In this document: one piece after another, positions 51,601 to 64,000 of the stretch
Numbering within the stretch: position 1 is the first letter of the stretch
Layout of the letters: each line of letters starts with the position of its first letter
Source: Camelus ferus
Taxonomy: Eukaryota
Direction: 5' to 3'
DNA length: 64,000 bases
NCBI RefSeq assembly: GCF_009834535.1
Contig: NC_045697.1
Location: 59,522,001-59,586,000 of the forward strand
Notes under the pieces: generated by a model
Told to the model about the DNA's origin: nothing
Seen by the model: only the letters and a program-made list of their open reading frames with translations
Databases searched by the model: none
Translations under genes and position numbers: made by a program

Positions 51601-53429
51601 CTATAGATATTTGAAAAAAAATTAGAATAGTTTTCTCAAATTCAAAATAATATTTTGTAAAGTCTTAAGTGTGTGTAAATGTGACAGTCCTAAAGGAAGG
51701 GGGGACAGGGAGTCATTATGTCCATGGCTGTGTACTCAGGATTGTAAGTCTCTCTACTCCAAGGGTACAAATTAGTGACAGTGCAATTTCAGGACACTCA
51801 GGGGCCAGGTGCCCTACCCTTTGGTAAATTAAGAATTAAGAATTTTGCGGGTGATATTATACTAAGAATAATGCCTGTGATTCCAGGTAGGATAAGATAG
51901 GATTAATTGGCATGATGTATAAAACCACACACCTTACTAGCCAAGGCATGGCCCTAGAACTGTAGCACATGTATTAATTATAACTCTGATTTTATCCCAG
52001 TCATTCATGAAGGAGATTCAGAACTTTAGTACTTATCCTCTTGTGGGAGGGCGATGATGAGGTCCAAAAATAAAGAGGTATAGGATATTAAGGATATTAT
52101 TGAAGACAAAACACCAGGACCCACTTTGCTCTTCTTGAGACATAGCTAAGACTATCTGAACACTACAGAGAGAAGGGAGTGGAATAAATTAGGGCTTGAA
52201 ATTGAGGGTGCACTGTCAGAAATCAATGACAGTGATTTTTAGCAACACAGCACAGAGGTATAGTAGCCATTGGTGGATGCATTGAAAGAGTCACAACTTT
52301 GGATCACTGATTTTGAATATAATTTGAAGACAAAGGGGAATTTCAGCAAGCTCAGCAAAGCTAATTTGAGGTGTTGAAAAAATATGGAAACATAATTCTT
52401 TTTTTCTTGTATCCCCTTGTCCATCAATGAGGGGAGTGGGGTATTTGTTAAAAACTTTAAACAATGAGCATAATTTTTATGAACCAAAGAGGAAGCTCTT
52501 TCCCATACATTTCTTTCTGCCATAATTATTTAAGAGAACTTTTTAGAAAAATAGAATATGGGGGGAAGTTAAGGCATGTAGAATGTGGCATGGCATATTT
52601 TGCAGTACACAGCACAAGTGTCTACGTTATTGGGGGTAATCAACTGTCTTATGGGGAACTTGAGAAGATATCTTTGAAGTTTCTAGAAAAGAAAATAAAT
52701 GATACAAAACTGAAGCTCCCAGACAGTTGGGCACTTACATATTAACAACACTGGCAGAGAGGTTTGAGTGCCTTGAAAATATTTGTAAATTTGATAAAAT
52801 TACTCTTTATGAACTGCTTATCAATAGGCCTTATTAGTGTTATCGCATGAAAGATTCATCTAATGGCTAGACAAGCACTGAATTTCCTAGATCTGAGAAT
52901 CAGCCTGGATTATGTTAGAAAGATAGTCATTAAAAATACATTTGTAATTTTCCAAGTATTAATCAAATACATGTAGTATTTGATATACTGTGTTGCTAGG
53001 TGTGAGGAGAGAGTTTAATATTAGAAAATTCCATTATACTCATATTTTCTTAAGGTTTTATCTCTATATGCCAACATTTACAATTTTATGGGGTTTTTAG
53101 CTTATCATTTGAGGCAACATGAAATATTTAAAATCCTTGTGAGAATATACAGTCAACTTGAACATATCCTGAAGCAAAATTAATCTAAAGGAGAAAGAGT
53201 AAAGGAAGTAGATGTGCATAATAGTTATGGGAAAAAATAATGAAATATAAAATACACTTGAATCTACCAGACACTTACAGTCACCAAAATGTTCTCAGCA
53301 TTGCCTTAATTATTCAACATCAAGTTAACACTTTTACAACACCTGATCATCACCATTTTCCCATTCCCCACTTAAAACCTATTTTTAAATTAAATGTACT
53401 TGAATAAGCAAATGCAATTTTCTTAATCT

Positions 53430-55720
53430 TTATTACCTTGAATCCTAAGACCTTACTGCAATTCACTTATTTTTAGGATGATTTGGAATTTTTAATGTAA
53501 ACAATCATATCCTCTATGAATAAAGACAGTGTTACTTCTTCCTTCCTTATTTTTATGACATGTTTCTTTTTCTTGACCTCGAGGAGATGAAAGTGGACAT
53601 TCTTGCCTGGTTAAACAGTCTTGCATCTCTTGAATAATAAAATTTTCTTATTGTGGATTCTCATACTTTAAAAATTTGCTGGATTAAGTTTTGCTAAAAA
53701 TTAATTTGATTTTAGACGGATGTTCATGAGAAAAGCCTGTAATTTTCTTTTTTTGTAATATCACTTTGCTTTTGATCACTCTTATGCTGGCTGTATAAAA
53801 CAATCTTTATATCAATTTTATACTTTTATATAAAACTTCATTAAATATAAGAGTTTACTGGTGGAACCATCTGGGCACGAAGTTAACTTGCGGGAAGAGA
53901 TTAAATTAACTCAATTTCTTCAATACAGTGCTATTCATATTTTCAAAATTTCTTATTTTTTGTAATTTGTATATTTTTCTACAAATTTTTATCATTTTAT
54001 TCAAATTTTTAGTTTATTCATAATATTCTCTCATTAATTTTACTATCTGGCACTCTTTAAAATATTGTATTTTTCTTTTTTCTTGGTCTTTACTAAAGGT
54101 TTTAAAATTCTATAGTTTCAAAAAATTAACTTTTGGCATTGTTTCTATTAGATATTTCTTTCTTGTTTTCTAGTCTTATTTTTTCTAACATGTGTTTTTA
54201 AAGGTACAGATGTCTTCTTAATTATAGATTCATTCAGCTAAATCCCACAAATTTTGATTATTCTAATAATTTAAAAACATTTCCACTGTGAGTTCTTTGA
54301 GCATGGATTAGTATAGTACTGCTTATTTTCATAATATTTGGAGGATTAAATTCACTTTTTATTGTTTTGTTGCTTAATTTCAGAATGCAATGCATGGTTT
54401 TGAAATACCCTTCCACTAACTATTTGAGCATACAAATTGCCAATGAATGTAAATGTCCCAAGAACCCTAGAAAACAATTTGCATTCTGAAATTCTAGAGT
54501 GAAGCACTTCATATGTGTCAGGTCAATTTGGTTCAACTTTTTCAAATCTTTTATGTCCATGTATCTTGTCAGTTATTGAAAGATATGCTAACCCTTATTT
54601 TTGTTGTGCTTTTAAATATCTCTTCTTTTTATTCTTAATTTATGTATTTTGAAGTTATGATACTGGGTGCTTATAAAATTAGAACTTTTACATCTTCTTG
54701 GTGGATTGGTTCCTATATCATTTAAAAAACTATTCCTTTCTGTTTCTAGTAGTGACTCTTGTGTCAAAGTCAACTTTCTGTTAGTTATTTATATATTTTT
54801 TCCTCTGCTTACTGTTTGCCATTTTGTATCGTTATAATTAGGTATGTCTTTTAAAAGAAGACTAAAACTATTGTTTTTAAATCCAGTGTGAAAATGTTTG
54901 TCTTTTAATTGGCGTGTTTAGTCTATTTACAGGTATTTGGATTTAAACCTACAATCTTAGTATTTCTACCAATTGGAGCCCCTTGTTCTAATACTCCCTC
55001 CTTCCTTGACTTTTTTGGGATTACTTAGGATTTATGTTACTATATTTTTCCTCTTTATTACCTTGCTATTCATACCTTCTATTACTACTTTGAGAGTACT
55101 GTGGAAATTACATTATGCACTGTTAACTAATTTTAATTATTGTGTGCAGTAGTTTATTAACATATTTCAGATTGTGTTAGAATGTTAGACTCTTGCTCTG
55201 CAAAGTGCAATCCACAGGCCAACAGTATTGCCATCTCCTAGATACTTGCCTAGAAAGGCAGAATTCTCAGGCCCCACCCTAGACCTACTGAAATAGAGCC
55301 TGTCAAGTGTAACTTATGCTCATTAAATGGGAGGGGTATTGCTTTGGAACATAATTAACTCTAATTACTCTCCTTCCTGCCTCTTTCTATTAACATGGCA
55401 TGGCTATGTACTTTAATTCTAAAATACTTTTAAACCCCACAAGTAATTATTTAATTAGTAAATAGATTTACCCACCCATTTACTTGCATATTGGATTGAA
55501 TCACGTATTTACTCTTCTTTTCTTTCTCTCTCTCTCTCTTCCTCCTTCCCTTCCTTCTTTATTTCATTTGGGATAGTTTTCTATTTTCTAGAAGAACTCC
55601 TTCAATATTTCTATTAGTGTGGGTCAGCTGGCATGTAATTTTCTCATTATTTTTGTCTTCAAGATGTATTTGTCACTGTTAATTGGGAAATATACAGTCA
55701 CTAGGTATAAAATTCCAGTT
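53430..55720 (-). mobile_element. Highly decayed L1ME-like element
   Basis: Antisense ORF2-type text: 'acaatcatatcctctatgaataaagacagtgttacttcttcc', 'ggaaccatctgggcac', 'tttaattggcgtgtttagtctatttaca', 'gaagaactccttcaatatttct'. Confidence 0.75.
55190..55348. mobile_element. MER5A/B-like MITE nested in L1ME
   Basis: 'agaaaggcagaattctcaggccccaccctagacctactgaa'. Confidence 0.8.
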
Positions 55721-56955
55721 AATCTTGTTCAGAGTGCCTAGCAGAATGTTTATGCCATAGTAGGTGCTCTATATATTTGGGAAATTGTTCATTATTATCA
55801 ATGCAATTACTGAATTGATTTCTGTTTGATATGCAACAGAGAAATTAAATATTTTTATTAGAAAAAAGTGAGTTTTGCTAAAGACTATAAAGCAAAGAAT
55901 TAATTCTACTTTTCTACTTATTTGTGGAAAAATAATCTTTATAAAATCTCATATTGATTACAAGAGTCTCAAGGTTTTTATGGAGATCATACAAATTAAA
56001 CAATTGACTATATTCAATTTCAAAGCTGTACAAAAACAAGTAAATATATAAAAGCATACCTCTATGCAGCAAGATTTAAGTTAAAGCTCAAATACTATCA
56101 TGCAATGCTTTTAATTTTGTGATGGGCTCAAATTTAACTATAATTAAATTGCCTTCAGCAAACAAAGACCAAAATATATACAAGGAATTCGTTTCTCATG
56201 ATATGTGTACACTTTAGTTGGAAAAGCATGTTTGAGCCCTGTAACTATAGAAGCATTGTTAAATAGGGAATGAGCTGAAAACTTAAACTACCGCTGCATA
56301 TCTTACTGCATATTAAAGGAAACATCTAGATTTGGCAATATCGAGTTTTTTATTTTGAGCATGTGTTATCCATGTCATTTTAGTACCTTTTCTGTTCACA
56401 ACTGACAGCTGTCAGTGTTCAACAAACAAACAAAACTCCTTAACATATGTTCTTGTTAAGCTAGAACTATTCCAATACTTTTTTTTAATATCCTTTATAA
56501 CAGGAAGAATAAGAAAGTACCAAATTAACATTTTTTTCCTGAAGCTAATTTTTATTACACTTTTTAGTGTAACTCAAGTGCCACAAATGAGCATACATTA
56601 TTTATTTTTAGCAAATACATGTTGAGTATCTACTATGTCATAGGTGGAATTTTGGATGATTATTTAGTAAAGCTTAATTGCCACTGATTTAGATTCTAAT
56701 CTGCTTTGTAAGACAGCCAAGAAAAGGTATTTTATATGTCATTCTAATGTTTGACTACTCTTATGAAAAGTAAATTTATCCAACCTAAGTTCTACATGAT
56801 ATAACATAAGGTCTTTTGCTTTGGTATGAAAAATATTTGAAGTTAGTAAGAGTATGAATGACTCTATCATACTTTTACATATATTTTTAACAATTTTACC
56901 TGAGTGAGATGGTTTTCTTCAGACGATTTAGTTGTTTGTGTCAGAAATAGGAATA

Positions 56956-59646
56956 CAGTTGACTCTTGAACAACACAGGATTTGAACTGTGGGGTCCATT
57001 TATACGCTAACATTTTTACATGTTCTGAGGTGGGTTGAATCTGCTAACGCAGAACCATGGATAGTGGGGAACGGTGGGTGTGGAGGCCTGACTATAAATT
57101 ATGCACAATTTTTTTTCTTTTTAATTGAAGTATAGTCAGTTACAATGTGTCAATTTCTGCTGTACAGCACAATGTCCCAGTCATGGATATATACACACAC
57201 ACACACACACATATATTCATTTTCATATTCCTTTTTAATAAAGGTTACTATAAGATACTGAATATAGTTCCCTCTGCTATACAGAATAAAATTGTTTTTT
57301 TAATCTATTTTATATATTGTGGCTAATATTTGCAAATCTCAAACTCCCAAATTTATCCCTTCCAAACACTTTCCTTGGTAACCATAAGATTACTATGTCT
57401 GCCAGTCTGTTTCTGTTTTGTAGATGAGTTCGTAGTGTCTCTTTTTTTTTTTTGAGAGTCAACCCATGAGTGATATCATATGGTATTTTTCTTTCTCCTT
57501 CTGGCTTACTTCACTTAGAATGACGATCTCTAGGTCCATCCATATTGCTTCAAATGGCATTATTTTATTATTTTTTATGGCTTAGTATTCCATTGTATAA
57601 ATATACCACAGCTTCTTTATCTAGTCATTTGTCGATGGACATTTAGGTTGCTTCCATGTCCTGGCTATTGTAAATAGTGCTGCTATGAACACTGAGGTCC
57701 ATGTATCTTTTTTAATTAGAGTTCCCTCTGGGCAAATGCCCAGGAGTGGGATTGCTGGATCATATGGTAAGTCTATTTTTAGTTTTTGAGGAATCTCCAT
57801 ACTGTTTTCCATAACGGGGGTACCAAACTACATTCCCACTAGCAGTGTGGGAGGGTTCCCTTTTCTCTACCCCCTCTGCAGCATTTCATTCATGACTTGA
57901 ATAATGGCCATTCTGACTGGTATGAAATGACACCTCATTGTAGTTTTTATTTGCATTTCTCTGATAAATAGGAATATTGAGCATTTTTTCATGTGCCTAT
58001 TGGTCATTTGTATGTCTTCATTGAAGAACTGCTTGTTTAAGCCTTCTGCCCATTTTTGGATTGGGTTGTTTGTTTAAGTTGTATGAGCTGTTTATATATA
58101 CTGGAAATAAAGCCTTTGTCAGTTACATCATTTGCAAATATTTTCTCCCATTCCATAGGTTGTCGTTTTGTTTTGCTTGTGGTTTCCTTTGCCGTGCTTA
58201 ATAAGGTCCCATTTGTTTATTTTTGCTTTTATTTCTATGGCCTGGGTAGACTGCCCTAGAAGAACATTGCTAAGATTTATGTCAGAGAATGTTTTGCCCA
58301 TGTTTTCTTCTAGGAGGTTTATCGTGTCTTGCCCTATATTTAAGTCTTTAAGCCATTTTGAGTTTATTTTTGTGTCTGGTATGAGGGAGTGTTCTAATTT
58401 CATTGATCTACATGCTGCTGTCCAGTTTTCCCAAAACCACTTGGTGAAGAGACTAGATTTCTCCATTGTATATTCGTTCCTCCTTTGTGGAAGATTGACT
58501 GTAGGCCTGTGGATTTATTTCTGTGCTCTCTCTTCTGTTCCATTGATCCATATGTCTGTTCTTAATGCCAATAACATGCTGTCTTGATTACTGTAGCTCT
58601 GTAGTATTGTCTGAAATCTGGGAGGGTTATTCCTCCAGCTTTGTTCTTTTCCTTCAATATTGCTTCAGCAATTCTGGGTCTTTTGTGATTCCATATAAAT
58701 TTTAAGATTATTTATTCTAGTTCTGTGAAAAATGTCCTGGGTAATTTGATAGGGATCACATTAAATCTGTAGATTGCCTTGGGCAGTATGGTCATTTTAA
58801 CAATATTGATTCTTCGAGTCCAAGAGCATGGGATATCTTTCCATTTCTTTAAGTCATCTTTAATTTCCTTAAGGTCTTTCACCACCTTGGTCAGATTTAT
58901 TCCTAAGTATTTTATTATTTTGGATGCAATTTTAAAAGTTTCTTTACTTTCTTTTCCTGTTAATTCATTGTTAGTGTAAAGAAATACAACTGATTTCTGT
59001 ATGTTAATCTTGTATCCTGCCTTCCCAAATTCTTTCATCAGCTCTTATAGTTTTTGTGTGGAGCTTTTAGGGTTTTCTATATATAGTATCATATCAACCA
59101 CATATCATGACAATTTTACCTCTTCTCTTCCAATTTGGATCTCATTTCTTTTTCTTGCCTGATTGCTGTGGCTAGGACTTCCAAGACTATATTAATAGAA
59201 GTGGTGAGAGTGGGCATCCTTGTTGTGTTCCAGATTTTAGTGGGAAGGCTCTCAGTTTTTTACCACTGAGTATTATGCTGGCTGTGGGTTTGTCATAAAT
59301 AGCTTTTATTATGTTGAGATACATTTCCTCTACACCCACTTTGGTAAGAGTTTTTATCATAAATTGGTGTTGAATTTTATCAAATGCTTTTTCTGCATCT
59401 ATTGAGATGATAATGTGGTTTTTGTCCTTTCTTTTGTTGATGTGTTTTATCACATCAAGTGATTTGCATATGTTGAACTATCCTTTTGTCCCTGGGATGA
59501 ATGCAACTTGATCATGGTTTATGATCTTTTTTATGTGTTGTTAGATTCTGTTTGCTAATATTTTGTTGACGATTTCTTAGGCAGGGATTTTTGACTGCCC
59601 AAGGGATCAGTACCCCTAACCACCCTCATTGTTCAAGAGTCAACTG
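56956..59646. mobile_element. Tigger2-family MITE split by a young L1
   Basis: Perfect 18-bp TIRs cagttgactcttgaacaa (56956-56973) / ttgttcaagagtcaactg (59629-59646), flanked by TA on both sides. Confidence 0.9.
57108..59576 (-). mobile_element. 5'-truncated camelid-type L1 (~2.5 kb; ORF2 RT and C-terminus, 3'UTR)
   Basis: ORF-track peptides 59187-59453 ([14 protein letters not shown]...[12 protein letters not shown]), 58712-59038 ([14 protein letters not shown]), 58128-58466 and 57621-57812 (YDPAIPLLGI). Multiple frameshifts. Confidence 0.96.
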
Positions 59647-61279
59647 TAGTCTTGAAATTCTAGTTAAGAACCACCTGCTACACCACTGGAATCTGTCATC
59701 TCAATGGAGCTAATGAAGATTTGGTCAGCTTTTATATATGACCTCTTTTGGTTGACAACACATAGTAGCATGTTGCAGTACCAATATGGAGAAGGTTAAC
59801 TTTTTGGAATTGTGTGATTACAGAATAAGAAAGCATAAGTGAGAAGGTACTAGATGTGGGGAAAAAAGCAATGATGAATAGTATCATTAATATTATCCCT
59901 TGGTTGTCTCTTATTTTGCCATGGTGTTTGAAATGTTTTCAATGTTTATTCTCTAATTAGGGTTAAAAAATTATCTGTGAGAATTCTCCAACTCCTTCTC
60001 ATGTTAAATTATAGCTATCTTAATTTGGTCCTAGTTTAAATAGTGTTAATTAGAATGTAAAGTCATGGATTGATGTCTCATTTTCCTAATTGTTGGTATT
60101 TATATTTAGTAATACCAGCTTCCAATTTTTGAACCAAAATGTGTCCCTAAGTGTTAAGGACTTTATATGTATTTCTTACCAAAACAAAATTATAAAATAG
60201 AAAAAAATTTATCCCTGATTTAAGGATGAACCATCCTAATCACTAGATAGTTATGAACCATCTCTCCTTGACTCCAAAACACTGAAATCAAGTACAGTTT
60301 TTTTTCCACTGCATCATATTTTTGAGGGGGAAATATGTCAATCTGAATTAATTAAATTTGCCATTGTAACATTCTTGAGAAGGTCAGATAGAAAATTGTA
60401 CTGAAACATATTCTTCACATTGAAACTTAGGAATCAGTTTATCTGCAGATTTATTCACTCTTTCTGGAAATAAAATAGAAATCTTCCTTTTGCATTCAGT
60501 GCTGAATTTAAACAATAAACTACTTGCTTCTACTTTAGAAAAACACATCTAAGAAATGCTGATATAAACAAAAGTATAGTGGATTCTATCTTTTCATCCA
60601 ATCTGCCAAAATTTTAATAGGAAAATAGGGAGGATTTATAAAGCCAATGGTTGACAACATATCTAAGAAAGATTTATGTTTTATACCTACTCATAGATGA
60701 ATCCTTTTATTACTTAAAACTTCTGCTCTAGTTTTGATTATCTTGTTTTTAGTTGTCTGATTTGTTACAAAATATGGAGATGCCTTATCTGCCTTTTTAT
60801 GGGTCCTGTGTGATGTGAATGCAGAAATTACACTCCCACTTACTCAGTTTTATTTCCAATCGAATTGTTCATTATAATTTGCAGTTGTAAACAGTGATAT
60901 GAAGGATAAGTAAGAAAAATTGTAAATGAGATGGATAAATAATAACAATATATTATTTATAGACAATATATTCAACATTTGATGATTTATTTTTGAATTG
61001 TAGTATAAGTTTTAGTCTGTATAGAAGACCTATAGAGTTATTAATGGCAAAAAAACGTAGCTATGTGAATGCAATAAAAGTTATAAATAATCAACAAAGT
61101 ATATATTTAGTCTCCAAATGCTAAATTATTGCCTCTATAGTTTTCAAAAATTGCTATCATATGCTTTATACAATTTAAAATAAAAGCCATTGTAAAAAGA
61201 ACATTTATATTGTTCTTCCATCCTATTTAAGAAAGGAATATAGATGTGTATAAGACATACTATTACTAATAGTTATGCT

Positions 61280-61480
61280 ATCAACATTAATAATAAATAT
61301 TTATTGAAGATTTATGTCTTACAAATGATATCTAAATTAATTTTTTAAAAAACCCTATATATAATTGTTCTCTCCAGTTTTATAAATAAGGAAACTGAAA
61401 CACAAAGAAGGTAAGAAATTGGTGAAACCAAGATCCCAACATAGGTAGGTAGATTTCAGAGTCCATGATTTTAAGCATAG
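61280..61480 (-). mobile_element. MIR SINE fragment
   Basis: 'taataataaatatttattga...ccagttttataaataaggaaactgaaacacaaagaagg'. Confidence 0.7.
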
Positions 61481-61713
61481 TAGCACTGACTTGATTATGA
61501 TATTTTTACAATATATTTTCTTCGTAGTTGTTGGACCATTGTGCTAAGTATGGTGCCATTACTCTTAGGCAGGTGTCTATGCTGCATTATTTTTAAAGCA
61601 GTTCTGATTGATTAGCAAAATTAATGGGAAACACCAAGATAAATTATGCTTGAAAAGTACAAACAGTTCACTCCCAAATAAGCCACAGAGCTGAAAATAC
61701 CAAATATAAGCCC

Positions 61714-61965
61714 TGTATTAGTTATCTTTTGATGGGTAAAAGTGCATCACAAATTTAGTGGCTTGTTTGGTTTTCGGCAGAATTTTTCTTCGTGGTTTTA
61801 TGACTGAGGACCCTAGCCTTTTGCTGGCTGTTGGCTGGAGGCCACTCTCAAATGGTTACTTGCAAAATCATTAAACTGCATTCCTCTGTTACCAAAAAAA
61901 AAAAGCTGCCTGTAGTTTCCTACCACTTTGGCTTCACCTACATGTTTACTTACTTCATCAAGAAA
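61714..61965 (-). mobile_element. MaLR LTR fragment (MLT1E/F-like)
   Basis: 'tgtattagttatc...aaatttagtggctt...gactgaggaccctagccttttgctggctgttggctggaggccactctca'. Confidence 0.7.
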
Positions 61966-62071
61966 ATACAAAGTTATTCTTTAAACTATATTGTACATTC
62001 ATGATATAAGTGAAAACCAACTTAGGGCAATGGGTTTCAACTTTGGTTATCACTTGAAATCATCTGGGAAA

Positions 62072-63681
62072 TTTTTTTATTGGTATATAACTGACATATA
62101 ACATTGTATAAATTTAAATTGTATAACCTATTGATTTAATACATTTATATGTTGCAGTATGATTACCACCAGCACTAACACCTCATCACATAAATATCAG
62201 TACTTTTTTGCAGTGAGAACATTTAAGTCTAGTCTTTTTTGACAATTTTGAAGTATATGGCATGGTATTGTTGATGATGATCACTATGCTATGCATTAGA
62301 TCTCCAGAACATATTCATCTTGTAGTTGCACAATTGTAGCCTTTAACAGCATCTTAATTCTCCCCACCCAGGACCTGGTAAACACCATTCTACTCTGTTT
62401 CTACAAGTTAAGCTTTTTTAGATTCTACATATAAGTGATATTATTCCATATTTGTCTTTATCTGCCTTGTTTCACTTAGCAGAGTACCCTCAGGGTCCAT
62501 CCATGTTGTTGCAAATGGCAGTATTTCCTTCTTTCTTTCTCATGGTTTAACAATATGCCATTGTATCTCCCATATAGATAGATGGATAGATACCATGTTT
62601 TCATTCCCTCTGGTTATATACCTAGAAGTGGGATTGCTAGATCATACTATGATATAGATCATGATAGTGCTATATAAATTTTTTGAGAAACTTCCATATT
62701 GTTTTCCACAGTGGCTAAATATTCCCAGTGACAATGTAAAAGTGTCCTCTTTTCTTGACATATTCATCAACACTTGTCTCTTGATGATAATCATTTAACA
62801 GAATGAGGTGGTAACTCATAGTATTGATTTGCATTTCCCTAATGATTAGTGATAACTATATTTTCATTTCCCTGTTGGTCATCTGTGTGTCTTCTTTGGG
62901 GAAATGTCTATTCAGGTCATCTGCCCATATCTTAATCAGTTTGCTTATTTTTTTTCTTATTGAGTTGCATGAGTTATTTATATATTTTGACTATTAACTC
63001 CTTATCTAACATAGTTTGCAAATATTTTCTCCCATTCTGTAGGTTGCCTTTTTTATTGAAGTATAGTCAGTTTACAATGTTATGTCAATTTATGGTGTAC
63101 AGCACAATACTTCAGTCATATAGGAACATACATATATTCATCTTCATATTCTTTTTCACTATAGATTACAAGATACTGAATATAGTTCCCTGTGCTATAC
63201 AGTATAAACTAGTTTATCGGATTTTGTGAGAATCCTCCTGTATTTCGAAATGAGAGGTGCTCTGCCAGAATTCAGTATTATTTTGTTGATTGTTTCTTTT
63301 GCAGTGCAGATTAATTTTTAGTTTGATATAGTCCAACTTGTTGATTTTTGCTTTTGTTTCTTGTGCTTTAGGTGTCATATCCAAGACCACTGTCAAGGAG
63401 CTTTTCTCTGTATTTTCTTCTAGGAATTTTACAGTGTCAGTTTTATGTGTAAACCTTTAATCCATTTTGAATTAATTTTTGTGAGTGGTGTAAGGGATTG
63501 CCTTACATTTTTCTACATGTGTTTTTATCCAGTTTTCTCTTAACCATTTGTTATAAAAACTATCCTTTCTCCACTGCATGTTCTGAACTCCCTTGTCAAG
63601 TATTAGTTGACTATGTGGGGGGTTGTTTCCAGGCTCTCTATTCTGTTCCATTGGACTATGTTTCTATTTCTATGCTAGTAC
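62072..63681 (-). mobile_element. L1MA9/10-like 3' portion with nested young L1 tail
   Basis: 'tttattggtatataactgacatataacattgtataaatttaa...gtgagaacatttaag...tgcattagatctccagaac'. ORF2 peptide TPKAQETKAKINKLDYIKLK (63214-63396). Confidence 0.9.
63049..63218 (-). mobile_element. Short camelid-type L1 3' tail
   Basis: 'ttttttattgaagtatagtcagtttacaatgttatgtcaatttatggtgtacagcaca'. Confidence 0.9.
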
Positions 63682-64000
63682 TGTTGTGGGCAGGAGGTTC
63701 TTGTCTTGTTGCAGAAAGAATTCAGAGACAAGACGCAGAGGTGAAGAAAGCAAAGCAAGGATTTTTTAAGGGATAGATAGTATGATCTCAAGGAAAGAGC
63801 AGACAGACCCAGGTAGGTGGCTGCCCTGAGTTTCCTTGGCAAGCTCATTATATGGATGTAAAAATGAATGGGCAGAATATTCATTGGTCGGGGGGGTGGG
63901 GTTTGGGGTCATCTTTCCTGATCTTCATCCCAGCTCCACCTTCCCAGGTGGGGAGGAGAGATTTTTCAACCTTATTTAATCTTGATCAGGAAGTTGAATG
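63682..64000 (-). mobile_element. ERV1-type LTR, truncated by window end
   Basis: Abrupt 'tgttgtgggcaggaggttcttgtcttgttgcagaaagaattcagagacaagac' interrupting L1 after gtac. Contains a reverse CCAAT box (attgg). Confidence 0.8.

Noticed and set aside
51680..52240. GC-richer segment that may be ERV-derived
   Set aside because: No diagnostic termini or protein motif could be established.
58168..58587. 139-aa plus-strand ORF
   Set aside because: Antisense to L1 ORF2, a common artefact.
57621..59453. RT-like ORFs as a possible active retroelement or novel RT system
   Set aside because: Ordinary L1 ORF2 broken by frameshifts and deletions, and 5'-truncated.

Overview
This is AT-rich eutherian non-coding DNA. 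It is most likely camelid (Camelus/Vicugna): it carries several young L1 3' tails of the 'ttgaagtatagtcagtttacaatgttgtgtcaatttct' type, and I see no Alu, Bov-A2/Bov-tA/BovB, PRE1 or SINEC. I found no intact protein-coding gene, RNA gene or CRISPR. The ORF track consists of L1 ORF1/ORF2 fragments and chance ORFs. Much of the window is layered transposable-element debris: L1s of several ages (mostly minus strand), L2, L3/CR1, MIR, HAL1, MaLR/ERVL/ERV1 solo LTRs, and MER5/MER58/Tigger DNA elements. Manual translation across frameshifts revealed two fossils the ORF track misses. One is a nearly full-length ZBED1/Ac-type hAT transposase (about 39.3-40.9 kb, +). The other is a Ty3/Gypsy gag-protease-RT-RNaseH internal region (about 16.6-19.1 kb, -). 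Other points of note are a CTCF site with upstream motif inside an LTR41-like LTR, a twin-primed L1 with a 35-bp junction duplication, an L1 inserted at the apex of a palindrome, and an mRNA 3'UTR retrocopy nested in an old L1. I see no convincing new biological system. Repeat family names come from recall of consensus sequences, not from a database search, and boundaries of old elements are approximate.
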